A DNA stretch of 64,000 nucleotides from positions 157,356,001-157,420,000 of the forward strand of contig OX597815.1 in assembly GCA_951406725.2 (NCBI GenBank), written 5' to 3'. Under the pieces are notes generated by a model. It worked only from the letters and a program-made list of their open reading frames with translations, made no database searches and was not told where the DNA came from. The DNA comes from Octopus vulgaris. Its lineage: Eukaryota. The position numbers and the translations under genes are program-made. This document shows positions 39,086 through 52,798 of this stretch, piece after piece; the stretch's first letter is position 1; each line of letters opens with the position of its first letter.

Positions 39086-40297
39086 ATATACATACATACA
39101 TACATACATACATACATACATACATACATACATACATACATACATACGAGTGGACAAACGAAGGGAAATAGCACCCAACACATATCGGTGAAGTTGTATT
39201 TATTGAGTTAGTTCCACGTGTTAATTATAATGTCGTCGACGGGAAAAGCACAAGCAGTTCCTTGGGCATTAAGAAGCAAATGATGACATCCTCTCGATTC
39301 TACCACGCTTTGATCCAGCTGTGACATCCAGAATATCAAAGCCGGAGAGAGAGGGGAGAAGAGAGTGAGAGAAAGACAAAGGGAAAGAGAAATAGAGAGA
39401 GAGAGAGATACATTGGCACATGGTTGGTCCTCATTTTCTGTTGAGCAGGCTGCTATGTTTAGCCCCTTGTGGGCAATAAAGAAATATATATTATGTACTA
39501 CAATGTTTTCATCATGATTATGTCGTGATGAATTTACTGTTTATATTTTTACTACTTTCTGTAAATAAACGGTTAGAGTTAAATCCAGTCCGTTCTTCGC
39601 TTTTGTATAGTGTGTACGAGCTCTCATCGTATGTTAATAAGGATAAATGAATTAGTTTAAGATTAATTTTCATGCGACCCTATGGAGATATATTGAAGCT
39701 TTTGTCAACACGACAAGATACAGTCAACCCAGTATGATGAAACTCAAGAGCATTTTCAGAACAAACACGACTTCTTAAATTTATTTCCACAGATATTTTC
39801 ACCGTGCTATCGAACACACTTTCTCATCCAGTTTAAACTGTTATATAACCGTGCTAGTGAAATGTCGGTTTTCTTCGACATACATGCTGAACGCGGCTAA
39901 GAGTGTCTATTACATATACGCGTTCTGCATACACCTCCAAACTCCTTCTCACAACTAGGTCAATAAGAATTAGCGACGTTTACCTGTAAGTATATACATT
40001 ATATGTATTTATAATTTATACTCAAATCTATATGAACAATCACATCTTGTAACATGTCAAAACGCAGCCAAACCTAATGTTTATAACTAATGACAAATAT
40101 ACCTACAACAGTAAGCAATTATAGTTGGTGACAACCAGACATTCAGAGTGATTATATATGTACGTATATTTTTAAATATGTGTTTCTTGACTTCCATTTC
40201 TTGAAAGGTAAAGGTAAGTGATCTCCTGTGAGGTTTCAGTGAAAGACAAAACTCATCCAGCTCATACTAACACATGTTGATTTAACATTCAGCATAT

Positions 40298-40730
40298 GGC
40301 GCAGGCGTGGGTGTGTAGTAAGAAGCTTGCTTCCCAACCATATGGTTCCGGGATCAGTCCCACTGCATGGCACCTTGGGCCAAGAGTCTTCTATTATAGC
40401 TTTGGGCTGACCAAATCCTTGGGAGTGGATTTGGTTTTCGGAAACTGAAAGAAGCCCGTCATATATATACATAAATACACGTGTGTGTGTGCGTGTGTGT
40501 GTATTTGTGTCATTGTTTGTCATACATACCCCCACCATCACATACACACACCATCGCTTGATAACCGATGTTGGTGTTTTTATGTCTCAGTAGCTTAGCG
40601 GTTCCACAAAAGAGAACGATAGAATAAGTACCAGGCTTACAAAGAATAATTCCTGGGCTGAATTTCTTCGACTTAAAAGGCAATACTCCAGCATATTCGC
40701 AGTCAAATGACTGAAACAAATAAAACAATA
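40298..40730 (+). mobile_element. Family A SINE, full length, diverged
   Basis: Head ggcgcaggcgtgg..gtagtaagaagcttgcttcccaacca through tail gcagtcaaatgactgaaac. Confidence 0.75.
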
Positions 40731-41900
40731 TTTTATTTGTCGGTCGGTTTAGATGATGTGGCTGTAAAACCTGCTCTGTGTAAGCATTCGACTTGCTTGG
40801 GGACGCTTACATAAAAAAACAATTTTAGAATGACTTTTTCTGTCAAAACAGACCAACAAAAAAAAGGCCACCAAGATTCAACCAAATCAAAAAATAAGCC
40901 CAAATAGTAAGCGAACAAAGATGCAAAACAGCAGAAACAAACATAAAAAATAAAACAAAAATTAAAAGAAATAAAATTAGATCAAAAATCTTTTTAATTT
41001 TCGAAGGTCAAAAAACAGCAAAAACATAATAACTGAAAAACATTAAATACCTCAACCTCAATGCGAAATATTACACAAAATTTATATACCAAAAGGAAAA
41101 ACATCTGAAACTGAAAAACAAATAACTGAAACACTACAAAGAAAAACTTCACAAAAAATTTCACTTCCATGTCGCGCGCACACGCACGCACACACACAAA
41201 GACACACAATCACACACACACATTCACATACCCCTCTTTTACATACATACACATATATTCACACAGAGTTGATACGCTGTTTGATTTATTTTTTCAGCGT
41301 ACAATTTTCATCATCCCACTACCAAGTATATCACCCCTTCCTTCCTTATCCATCTATCACCCTTACTTTTCCCATTCATAAACACAACAGTATTATCATA
41401 GTAGATTATCTCGGTAACCATGGGTGCTATGAAAAAATACAAAGCCCAGCAACACCACATGATCATTCTACACATCTGTGTAATTTTTCGCGCAATTCCA
41501 CCCAGCTGTTTGACCATGAATCCCAAGACAAGAAAGAATCGCCCATGTCAAATTTATATATGTATAAATATATATATATATATATATATGTGTGTGTATG
41601 TGTGTGTGTGTGTGCGTGTGTGTGTGTGTGTGTGTGTACACATTGTATGTATGTATGTGTGTGGTATACGTGTGCATGTATTGTATATGTAAGTTATTTT
41701 AGTATAAGAATATACGTATTTGCTCCTGTCTACAATTACTGTAGTTGAGAATTAAATACAAAGTTTTTATGTAGATAACCGTTGAAATCTCACTTTTCTT
41801 TTAATTCGCTTTTGCAATCGCTTTACATGTCTGCAAACTCCGTACCAGGTAAGCAAACAACAAGCGCTCGCACGCACACACACACACACATGCACTGTTT

Positions 41901-42002
<102 letters not shown>

Positions 42003-43179
42003 AACCTTTTTTTAAGTTTCATTCAAATGTCAACTATAGTAAGAGAAATCAATATTGCCTAGCTATAAATAAATAATTCCTCATATTTAAATAACTTGGA
42101 ATCATCTCCCTTGATGTTTACACTATAACTACTTAGATTATTTTCCGATTATTAAATGTTGAACAGTATTTGAAAGGTTGAAGTTTAGAAGTGAATATTG
42201 TCTACAGAAATCATAGTTACATTTTGAAACACACCATTTAAGGAAATACCCTAACTCGCTAAAAGTGGAAATATGAATGTTAATCAGGTACATGTTAAAT
42301 GTTGGGAATAAACAGGAAAAGAAATTAAAGAAAAAAAATTACCCTTCGCACTTTACGCAGGCACCCTTCCTGTGCTACATGTGCTATCATTGTGAATTTC
42401 GCGATGTGTTGCTTTCAGTTAGACGGTTAGCCAGAACTTGAATCCTTTGTAAAGTGAATAACGTGATTTGACCCAAGGTGTAGCAATACCAAACGACTGA
42501 GGGCGTTCGAGATGACATGCTACAGGGGAACGCTGCAGCTTAGTTGGTAGGCCCTTAAAAGGAACGAGTCAGTCCTGGAGAAGAGGAAAAGGGGACAAAA
42601 GTCGATGACGAAACTGAACCGTCAAAACCTGCATTGTTTTGGCCACGTTTTTAAGACGCAAAATCTCCGTGTCTGTATCCTTGCTGACTGGATGGGCGGA
42701 AATCGTGCTCGCAGGTGACAGAGATGGAGATAGATGGCATCAAGGACTGAAAAGGAAGGATCCTAACCGAATAAATGGCTGCAGCATGAGACCATAGTCT
42801 GTGGTGGTGAACTGTGATGGTTGTCTGAGTTCCCTCTAAAGATGGGTATAGACATTCATTCAACTTTAAGCAACTAATGTTTTGTCGATTAAATAGAGAA
42901 CCGACAAGATTTTCAATATACGTTGTATTAGAATCTCTTTTGATCGCTCAGAAAACATAAATTGACGCACGAATGAGCCAACGAGGAAGCTCCTACATGT
43001 TCACTCAGCCTTCTAAATAAAATAACTAAATATCCCTCATATCACACTATACCGTGTAAAAAGAGGAAGAACACATTGTATAGTGTAGTTTTCGATAAAT
43101 AAAATGAGACGGTCTCACCGAGAAAGACTTCAATCGTAGATTTGCTTGATCAGTACTGATCACTTCTATGTCAAGAGTG

Positions 43180-44480
43180 AAGACGTTTCTCCGTGCATGG
43201 ATAGAATTGTCCTTCATTAGAACTTGTGGAGGAGGTTCTGTGCTAAGAAAATATGGATCAACAAATTTATATATGCATATAAATACGTGTGTGTGTGTGT
43301 GTGTGTGTAATAACCAAAAGCATTAAGATTTGCATGTGCGTGTGTGTGTGTGAGCGCGAGGGCTAACTCAATGCTCGGGTAACCTGGGAAGTAATGCAAA
43401 CTTGTCCATATCTAACCGACAAGATGGTGTGGTGTCTTTGAAAAAATCCGATGGGAGACAGCAGGAAACCCCCCTTTGTGTACTTCCACGAATATTTCAT
43501 GACAAGCACATAGTAGAGAGATCATGCGTTAATTTTCTGTTGCAAAGAAGGAACAAAATATACTTTGGTTCGATGCATCAGTGCCTTCCTTGGGCATCCG
43601 CTATCAAGAGAAAAAGATGTAACATGAACGTAATTAGACTGAAGCAGGTTTTTTAATTTGCTTCTACATGTGTGTTATTTACCAGTAATTCGAGATACAT
43701 GGGTAATGAGATAAATTTTCAGTGTACCTGTAACTGGATCTTACTATATAGTTACGAAGTAGTTTATGGTATTTGAAATATTCTGGTATCAATGTTAAAA
43801 TTCTCCTAGCTATAATGAATGCTACATTTACAAGAAAGTGGGTAGATCATACTAGTTTCCATTCCCTATTTTTGGTGATCTGTGTTCTATGTTCTGTACG
43901 TAACACTTCTTTTTTCTAGAAACAGTTTATTTACGCAATTGAAAGATATTTCGTCGTAGGATATTATGGAAATATGTGACTAGGTATTTTGTCACAATAA
44001 GAGGGATTACTATGTCGGAGAATAGCTTTTTGTTACTTTTCTGTAAGGGTTAAATTTATTAATGTTTAGATTTACTGTTGTATGTAAGAAACTCCTAATG
44101 CTTTCTTGATAACGTTTTCAGTAAATTCTCTGAAATCATTCTTAGATGTACCTAGATGGCAGCAGTTCGTATAGCGGGAAATTGCCCAGAACTTAAAAAC
44201 CTACCAACTCGCATACTTCAGCTCTATCACAGCCCTCCATAGCAGCAGAAAATAACTTGTCTGCATGTTGTCTTTTACAAACTTTAAGGCAATTTTGAGC
44301 AAAAGGTTCTCCGATGAAAGATTAAAAATCTACATTGTGGAGCTTGATGTATCTGCACTTGCTTTTATTATGCTTGTTGTTAAAACACTTGATTCCCGAG
44401 ATGTTTTTTTTCATTCTGTACATTGCTCCATCCATAGTTGTTATATAAAGCATGCGTCAAACCCATTTACTGATGTAATA
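43180..44480 (-). mobile_element. Old, heavily decayed Neptune-type PLE (RT to endonuclease)
   Basis: Ordered fragments KSKCRYIKL.NVDF, MEGCDRAEVCELVG, TVNLNINKFNPYRK and STMCLS resemble conserved PLE blocks. Confidence 0.55.
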
Positions 44481-45055
44481 TCAATTAATGCTCAGATGTC
44501 GCAAACTTGAAATGTTAAATTTTAATTGCAGCACAAGCGAAGACGCAAGACTTTACGTAGCGGCGAAGAGAAACCTCGGCTTCAAATATGCATGTGTGTG
44601 TGAATGTGAATGCGTGTCTATGTGTGAGAATGAAAGTGTGTAAGAAAGTGTCGATTGTGCTTTGAAGAATCCCGATCAATCTTGCTTACTGGGAGGGAAA
44701 AGGTCATTAATAAATTAACTGAACGCATTACACGTTTACATGCCATAAAAGCAACCTTCAAATATCACCACCCTGTAAACACAGCACCGAATTGTCGTAA
44801 TCCACATTGAACAGGGAACATCATGCTATCATTCCATACACTGCTATGTACCCATGGAGATGTGCGCTGTTTATTGATCTGTGCCTGTTTATTGGTGTGT
44901 GTCTGAGTAGTATTGTGAGCGCGTACATGTAAGTGCATGTTGAAGTGTTTCTATATGCCTGTGTGTGTATATAAGTGCTGGATGGGAGTCTCTGGTGTGT
45001 ACTGATGTATACATGAGTATATCTGTGTATGAACGTGTGTGTATGTGTGTTTATT

Positions 45056-45089
<34 letters not shown>

Positions 45090-45198
45090 AATATATAGTT
45101 AATCCAAACATGAAAACACCAAGAGAAAAAACAACAACGCGAGAACGTGGAACAAATATAGTATTATTGGACGCTCAGGAAGGAAGGGAAGAAGGAGG

Positions 45199-45233
45199 GT
45201 TTTACGTTTCGAGCGGAGCTCTTTGTCAGAAAC
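45199..45233 (-). ncRNA. Minimal hammerhead relic in a ~190-bp insert between (TA)n tracts
   Basis: GTTT CTGACAA a GAGC tcc GCTC GAAAC GTA AAAC; G8 changed to A, consistent with CpG decay. Confidence 0.6.
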
Positions 45234-45314
45234 ATAGGACAAGGAAAGATCCAGAGAAGGGAAGACGGAGGGAAAAAAATCGCCAATACATACATATATA
45301 TATATATATATATA

Positions 45315-45588
45315 TTCTTTTACTTATTCTTTCTAAGCCTAGTACATATTCTATCGGTCAATTTTGCCGATCCGTTAAGTTGCGAGGACGTAAACACACC
45401 AACATCGGTTTCAAGCGATGGTGGGGGGGACAAACACAAACACACAAACATATACACACATATATCTATATATACGACGGGTTTCTTTCAGTTTCCGTTT
45501 ACCAAATCCACTCACAAGGCTTTGGTCGGCCCGAGGCTATAGTAGAAAACACTTGCCGAAGGTGTCACGCATTGAGACTGAACCCTAG
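45315..45588 (-). mobile_element. Family A SINE fragment
   Basis: Reverse complement of the family A body. Confidence 0.75.
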
Positions 45589-48280
45589 CTAGAGCAGCAT
45601 TATAGCAAGTTGCGTGAGATTCGGAAATGTTATTGTTAGTAGTTAATCTAGAGATTCGTGTAGAAATATTCTTAACTAGTCCCCGTATAATCGAGGGTGG
45701 ATGGTTGGATGCTACGTTAATGTACTTAATATGATCTTTTGGCTTATGAAATGGTTCAAATAATCCAGTATCAAGACAGAAGGTAACGTCAAGAAAATTC
45801 ACTCTACGATAATCTTTACCCATAGTAATGTTTAGTCCTAAATTTTTGAAAAATCTAAAGAAATTTTTCGTATGCCTTTCTAACTGAACTCTATTAATTC
45901 TGTCTAGAAAAAATAAGGCGTCATCCCTATATAGACCCCCCCCCCTGTTACTTCCGAAAGGGAAAATAGGATTAATGAAAATATATATATTCCGACTAGG
46001 TCACTGGCCTGAGCAGAATCATATGAGCCCATTGCCTATATCAAATGCATTCTCCCTATCTAATCTACTCCATAATCTACCATCAAAATCTACTAGAGTT
46101 GCTCGCGCGACAGATATAATATCTATTTCGTGTCGGGACAAATCGGAATTTTTTATGCTAAAAATCAGGGCTTGATTAAGAACGATCGGGTTAATAGTGG
46201 CATCATAGCTCTCTATATCTAGTAGCAAGAATTTTTCTATTCTTACTCATTTCTAGAAGCTTAAACCATCCAGCCACCTCTTGGGTATCGGACCAGAGGG
46301 CTAATCTAATTTTAGACATAAGGACGGATATTACCCTATCAATGAATTGTTTTTACTAATAATACCTATATCGGATTTAGAAGAACAAATCAATCTAACT
46401 GTGGAGTCGAAAGGAAGTTAGGCTTATGGTCCTTAAGCATAATTTGGGGTTTTCGAGAGACGTAGGGTTCGGTTCTATCATCTATGGTTATATCTCTGAC
46501 GATTTGTAGCCCTGTATATTTAATTCGTTTTAATACATCGTTACTAGTGTGTCTATATTTGCTGCGTAATTCCTTTCTAATCATAGACTTATATAGCTCA
46601 CAATCAACAATGTAAATGTTACTTGTTTTGTCCGTTAGTACAAGTATCCCCGGAGCTTTCTTGATGTGTCGACAAGTAATGTATTGATGTATATTACACC
46701 TTCTAGGGTACTTCCTGACCTCCACGCTCTTAACCATACTATATAATTCTTCTTCAAATCTGGTTAGGTGTTGGTTAGTCAGTGGGTTCTTTCTGGCTTT
46801 GAATACTTTTCTTAGTAGGTCATCATGTCCAGGTTTGTCGTTTGGTTTAAGCTCCTTGTCGAAAAAGAAAGCTTTCTACCGCATCTTACGAGGGACGTTC
46901 AATAAGTAATGATTGCATGTGCAATCATTTATATCTATATAGAGTAAGTGGCAAATTACAGCTCTGAATTAATTGTGGTTTCTGATTTACAGGTGTTTGA
47001 ACCGAGTCAAGTGTGAAATGGAGCCTGTTCAGTGTCGAGCAGTGATCCAGTTTTTGTATTTGAAAGGACGCACACCACGGGAGACTTTTGATGAAATGAA
47101 AATAACTTATGGTGATGATGCCCCATCATATGACCTTGTAAAACGCTGGCATTGTGAATTCAAACATGGTCGGAACTCTGTGGAAACAGCTCCCAGATCT
47201 GGTCGCCCCCTTCTGTCATTGATGAGTTGAGGCTGCCATTTTGGAAGATCGACGCATAATTATTCGCCAAATAGCCCATGAGGTCAAGATTAGTACCGGG
47301 TCTGTGGAAACTATCATTCATGACCATTTGCATATGCAAAAGGTGTCTGCCAGATGGATTCCCAGGTTGCTCACGCCTTTCCAGAAGCAAGAACGCGTCG
47401 AGTGCTCGAGGGTGAATTTGGAGATGTGCCAAGAAGATGAGTCAAAATTTTTCAAAAGACTGATTACACAGGATGAAACCTGGATCCATCACGATGATCC
47501 AGAGACCAAATCCCAGTCAATGCAGTGGAAGCACCGTGACTCACCCCCTCCAAAGAAGGCAAGGGTGCAGCCCTCCGCTGGCAAGGTCATGCTCACAGTC
47601 TTCTGGGACCAGGACAGAGTAGTGATGACAGATTTCCTGGCAAAGGGTACCACAATTGCAGGAGCCTATTATGCTTCACTTTTGAGGAAATTAAGAGAAG
47701 TTATAAAAATCAAGAGGCGGGGCAAGATCAGCAAAGGCATCTTCCTCCTGCAGGACAACGCTCCGGTCCACAACTCGCTTGTCGCCAGATCAGAAGCACA
47801 GGCGTATGGCTATGAACTCCTCCCCATCCCCCCTACTTTCCTGACCTTGCACCCTCTGATTTTCACCTCTTCCCAATCATGAAGTTGTTTTTGAAAGGAA
47901 AGCGTTTCCCAGATGATGCAGCCTTGATTTCTGAAGTCACGTTGAGGTTGGAGGACCAAGCTGGGTTCTTCTATAAAAACGGTCTCCAGAGCCGCATCAA
48001 ACGATGGGAGAAATGCATAACTCTGGGTGGTTCCTATGTAGAAAAAGACTAATAACTGTGCTAAGTTTCGTTGCTCTACTGCTATGGGAAGTGGGTCAGG
48101 GGCATTACTTATTGAACGCCCCTCGTACGTACAAATCGGTTCGTTTCTCCAAAAGATCACGTATATAATCCCTCCTACAGGGTATAGCTATGTCCTTTAG
48201 CAAAACATCCAATGTTATTTTATCCATCACCTTGGGACGCTACCGTATAGCACCTCCCGGGAATCGAAAATCGGTTGTGG
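45589..48280 (-). mobile_element. Neptune-type PLE reverse transcriptase pseudogene (5' portion), split by a mariner insertion
   Basis: MDKITLDVLLKDIAIP (about 48227), MR*KAFFF, DKTSNIY, LKDHKPNF, GLYRDDA (about 45925), VNFLDVT...YINVASNHPPSI. Confidence 0.85.
46889..48125 (+). mobile_element. Mariner (DD34D) transposon, near full length with frameshifts; transposase about 47018-48052
   Basis: TIRs CGAGGGACGTTCAATAAGTAATG / CATTACTTATTGAACGCCCCTCG; TA TSD; motifs WIPRLL, ITQDETW, QDNAPVH and P..PDLAPSDF. Confidence 0.95.
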
Positions 48281-50004
48281 TTAATGGATAATAAAACTAA
48301 TGGCTTTCAGCTGGTAGCATACTGGTAAAGCACGGTCAGTTATACAGTGATCGTTATGTATATGGCTAATGAAAGACGGAAAATGGAATATACGAGATTG
48401 AACCAGTTGTTGAGTGTCCCACCCATGCGGAATCGATGCTAGATGTGTCGAAACCATTGCCGTGATTAATAATAAATTCTCGTATATTCCATCTTGTCTT
48501 TCATTTGCCATATACATAACGATCACTGTGAAAGTGACCGTGCTTTACCAGTAAGCTACCATGTGTAAACCATTTCGTTTTATTATCCATCCATACGTGT
48601 GAGTATGGGTGTGTGCGTGTGTATGTATGTATATGTTTGTGTGTCTATGTTTGTTCCCTCACCGTTGCTTGACAACCAATGTTGGTGTGTTTACGTCCCC
48701 GTAAACCCGCAGTGCAGCACAAGAGGCTGATACAATAAGTACTAGGCTTAGAAAGAATAAGTCCTGGGGGGCGATTTCTTCGACTAAAGGCGGTGTTACA
48801 GCATGGCTGCAGTCAAATGACTAAAACAAATAAAAGAATAAAGAATAAAGAATATACACCAGAGAGGCCCTTAGTCAAGCCAGATGTTCCACCGTAGAAT
48901 GAAACTAGATGTGCTAAAAGCCAGCTAAAGGACAACACCTACAATTCAAAAGCCAGTCTTGTCACAGATCATCACTCAGCATTTTGCCTTTGAATTACGT
49001 TAGAGATACCAAGTTACTATGGAATACTCAACCACTTTCACTAAACTATGATGAGTAGTTCCATTCACAGAACAACCAGGATAATAATCATCAACAAAAC
49101 TTAATCGATAATCATGTGTGTATATATGTGTATGGGTACGTGAATATGCACACTGGAGCAACATTGCAAATTTCTGCCATCTTTCGGAGTGGAGTATCTT
49201 GTCTTCTATAGGTACATCAACTTTTGTTGGTATTCAATAGTTACATTAGCCGGTTACTTGTTATGCTATTGATAATATTTCCATTTCTGTTGTTACATTA
49301 ATATTTCAAATCACTTAAAGATGATCCATGGGAGAATTGCCGTGACGACACGACTTCAGTGCTCATCTGAAGCTAATTGTTTAACATCATTAAAGGCTTA
49401 TTGCTAAGATTTCAACAGCTATATCCAGCTACCTCAAACAATTTGTTTAAATAACTACTTTTTCTTAAAGGGAATAACTATTATGCATTATCTTCGCACA
49501 GTCCCAGTTAGCGAAAATTTAGTTGAATGAAAATTTAATTTCTCTCGGTTATCTTGTTTATTTAATGATAATTGTCGAAATTTGGTATTTTATCATCAAG
49601 TGTTTTCGCTTGTGCATAATGTCATATGCACCACTTTAGTTTTAGTAAATTACAGCATTCAATCTATGTCTGTTTTTATCTTGGGACGGTCGTTATGTCA
49701 ATACGAAACACATGCACCGATTCTATTTCACTTCTTTAATTATTAGTCAGCTAGGTAACCATTTGACCAACTAATCAATTTAGTTCTAGACCTGGAGTAA
49801 AGACTGCATGTTACTGATGGGGTCGTAAATGGCATCGAAAGAGTACTGACAAACCTAGCTTGCTGGTTGATCGACTGACCGAAGTCCAAGGGCCGGTTTG
49901 TTCAACTAAAGGCGGTGCTCCAGTATGGCTGCAGTCAAATAGCTGAAACAAAATAAAAGAATAAAGAATATACACCAGAGAGGTCTTTAACTTCTAATAT
50001 CCTG

Positions 50005-50490
50005 ATGCAGTACGAGGCAGTGGCTCTCATGACTTCTGATCTTAACTGATTGCAAGTGTTATCATATATTGTTTTGTCTTGGTATAAAAGACGGGTTACA
50101 ACAAATATTCTGCTCAATACCACAGATTTACTTGTCAGTTGCTTGACCTTAACGAGGTGAGCATGTCCCTTAGTGGCTGACGATATGTAAATCTCTGATC
50201 ATGTGCAGAAGTAGTAGGGCAGCATCAAAGCCATTTGTTGAGAGGAATTCAAGAGGTTCGCATAATTCACCTTTGAAAACATGTATGTTTCGTTCATCAT
50301 CCTTAAACAAACCTTAGTCAGGGACCTTTCGAGAGAAATGAGCTACTCGACCAGAAGAAAATTCTAACTGGGCCCCACTTGCAAGGTCAGGCGTTGTTTG
50401 TCTTGATATGAGATCACAAATGTCGCGCACATATGGTTGTGATGCATGCGCCTGGTGTACCCTTATCAGACGGATAGTCATGATGAGTAT
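50005..50490. mobile_element. Unclassified interspersed repeat, possibly a LINE 5' region
   Basis: Higher-complexity block between SINE tails; no motif securely translated. Confidence 0.3.
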
Positions 50491-51006
50491 ATTACCCCAG
50501 TGTCACTTTGATGGCATGCACTGCTCTCTCACTCAATAGTAATAACAATAAAGTGAAAAATAACCAATGCCGTGTTTTTTCTTGGCATAGTGACTCACCA
50601 AAAGAAACAACAAAATTTGTTTCCATACAGAATTTCACATCAAGAATTTTACAAACTAAATGCAAAAATGCTATCAATCTATATTGTTTTATTGATAAGA
50701 GAATTTAAGTCTTTCTAAGCGGTAGTTAATTTGGTTCTTGACCTAAACTTATTTTAATAAGTCAGCGAGGGTGATGCTGTATCCATGGTATTTACAGATC
50801 TTTCAAGACTGGTGGGTTTGATTACTGTTAAGTTAAAAATCTGTAAGTCAATAATTTACTGAAAAAATGTGGCTGGGATGAGCACTTGAGACAAAGTTTG
50901 AAAAGGTGTATGTAGAAGGTAAGATACAACGGGAGTAACAGGAAAACAGAGAGAAACAAACGAATTAGGTGGCCCTGGGTTGTGAAGACATGCTGCTACT
51001 GCTACT

Positions 51007-52230
51007 ATGGTGGGCTGAAAAGTGCATACACTGACCATGATACTCTGATCGAATGCAACCAAATGCGATTTATTTATCGATGTTACAGTGCTTCTATCCC
51101 GTTGGTGAGGAAGCTTTCATCCTGCTACTCAAAAAAGTAATCGACAGCAGATAGGACGTCATCATCAGTGCGATAATGTTCTCCAACCAATTGTCTTTCA
51201 TGTTGAGGAACAGATGATAGCCAGTTGGTGCGAAATCAGGAGAATAGGGAGGGTGGTCAACCAGTCCAAAGCTACAGTCACGCACAGCAGCCATTGAACC
51301 GAAGGACTTGTGTGCTGGATGAAACAAGACCACTTTTGGCGGTTTGGTCTTGATAGTCTCCCACAGCTACCTCATCAAGTTAGGATAGTACTTTCCACTA
51401 ATGGTGTGGCCCTTTTGAAGATAGCCAATAAACACAATGCTTTTTACTTTCCAAACATCTCAGGCTATCACCTTCCCTGCAGATGAAACGCCTTTGGCGT
51501 ACTTTGGAGTAGAAGACAGTGTTCCCACTGCATGAATTATCTCTTGGTCTCTGTCTCAAAGGGGTGAAGCCAACATTTATCTTGGATTGGGAAACGTTCA
51601 AGGAAATCAGATGGATCTGTCTCAAACAATATCAGCTGTTCCCATTGATGTGATCAGCCTGATGTGCCTTCGATCAGATGTCCGAAGACGTGGCACCCAC
51701 CGAGAAGAAACCTTCGTCATAACAAGTTCATTGTGCACAATATTCTCAAGTCTCTCATGAGATACACTAATAGCATTGGTCATTTAAATTATAGTCAATG
51801 ACGTGTCATCCATCAGCATGTTGTTAACACGATCAACGTTTTCCTTAGAGGTGGCAGTTGCAGGACGTCCAAACCTGGAGTCATCTTCAAGTCTCCTCCT
51901 TCTCCTAAATCCAGCTTCCCACTTTCGCACTGTTGATAAAGCTGGAACGTCATTTCCTAATGTAGCAACCATTTCAGCATCATGTCCTTTTGTGGTTAAA
52001 GCCTTTTTCTGCAAGTACTTGATAAATCACGATGCCAAATTTTATCCATTTTCAAGAGATATAGCTACTAGATTCTTTTGAAGTCGTCTTTGGACAGCCA
52101 GATGTCGGTTTACCTGGGATGAAACAATGCATTTATTAATAAAAAGAGATGAAATTAATACCTGCAAGATATAACAGCTCTAGCATCATTTCTTCATAAT
52201 TCAGTCTATGAACTTTTTAGCTCGTCTTCG
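51007..52230 (-). mobile_element. Decayed mariner transposon
   Basis: Degenerate TIRs gggctgaaaagtgcatacactga / tcagtctatgaactttttagctc; HPPYSPDFAPTGYHLF; LEDDSRFGRP. Confidence 0.85.
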
Positions 52231-52586
52231 TAATAAATTCAGAAGAGTAGAGGCTGGTTTGTGATGACTATATTTTACATAAAAGATGATAACATTCTTA
52301 GAATCTAAACAAGATAGCTATCCGGTACAATTAATGTTAATTAGGAAGGGAAAATGTTTTGTACATTTCAAAGAAACAGTTTTTTTTATCTGCTCTTTTT
52401 TGTACGTTTGAGATTTCCCTGTTGGTTTATATAACACGGTTGACTTATTTCCCTCTAAGGAAAAATGCAGAACTTTATACCGTTAAGCATTAATATCATT
52501 GCGTTATGCCCACTTGTGTGTTGTATACAGCTTTCACTGACATATTTCAATATCATTTGTTGTATATATTTTTATTGGCATTATAG

Positions 52587-52798
52587 TGAATTCCATAGTG
52601 GAAATGGGAATTCTATGGATGTTTGGAATCATTCAGCCATATTCAGAAACATAATTATCACTAATAGCTCTCTGATAACTGGGAATTCGATGGTTAGCTT
52701 GCCATTAGATGGAAACATCTCATATTTGACATTTAAAATTATAGAAAACAAAAGCAATACATCTGAGAGTAGCCATATGTGTACGTCAGCGGATGCAG
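52587..52798 (+). CDS. Possible internal exon of a secreted or membrane glycoprotein
   Basis: Open frame bounded by ttatag| and weak |gtgtat; five N-x-S/T sequons in about 70 codons; no family recognised. Confidence 0.3.

Noticed and set aside
41311-41530. Possible exon on either strand (hydrophobic minus ORF; DYLGNHGCYEK on plus)
   Set aside because: No family motif or consistent splice signals could be supported
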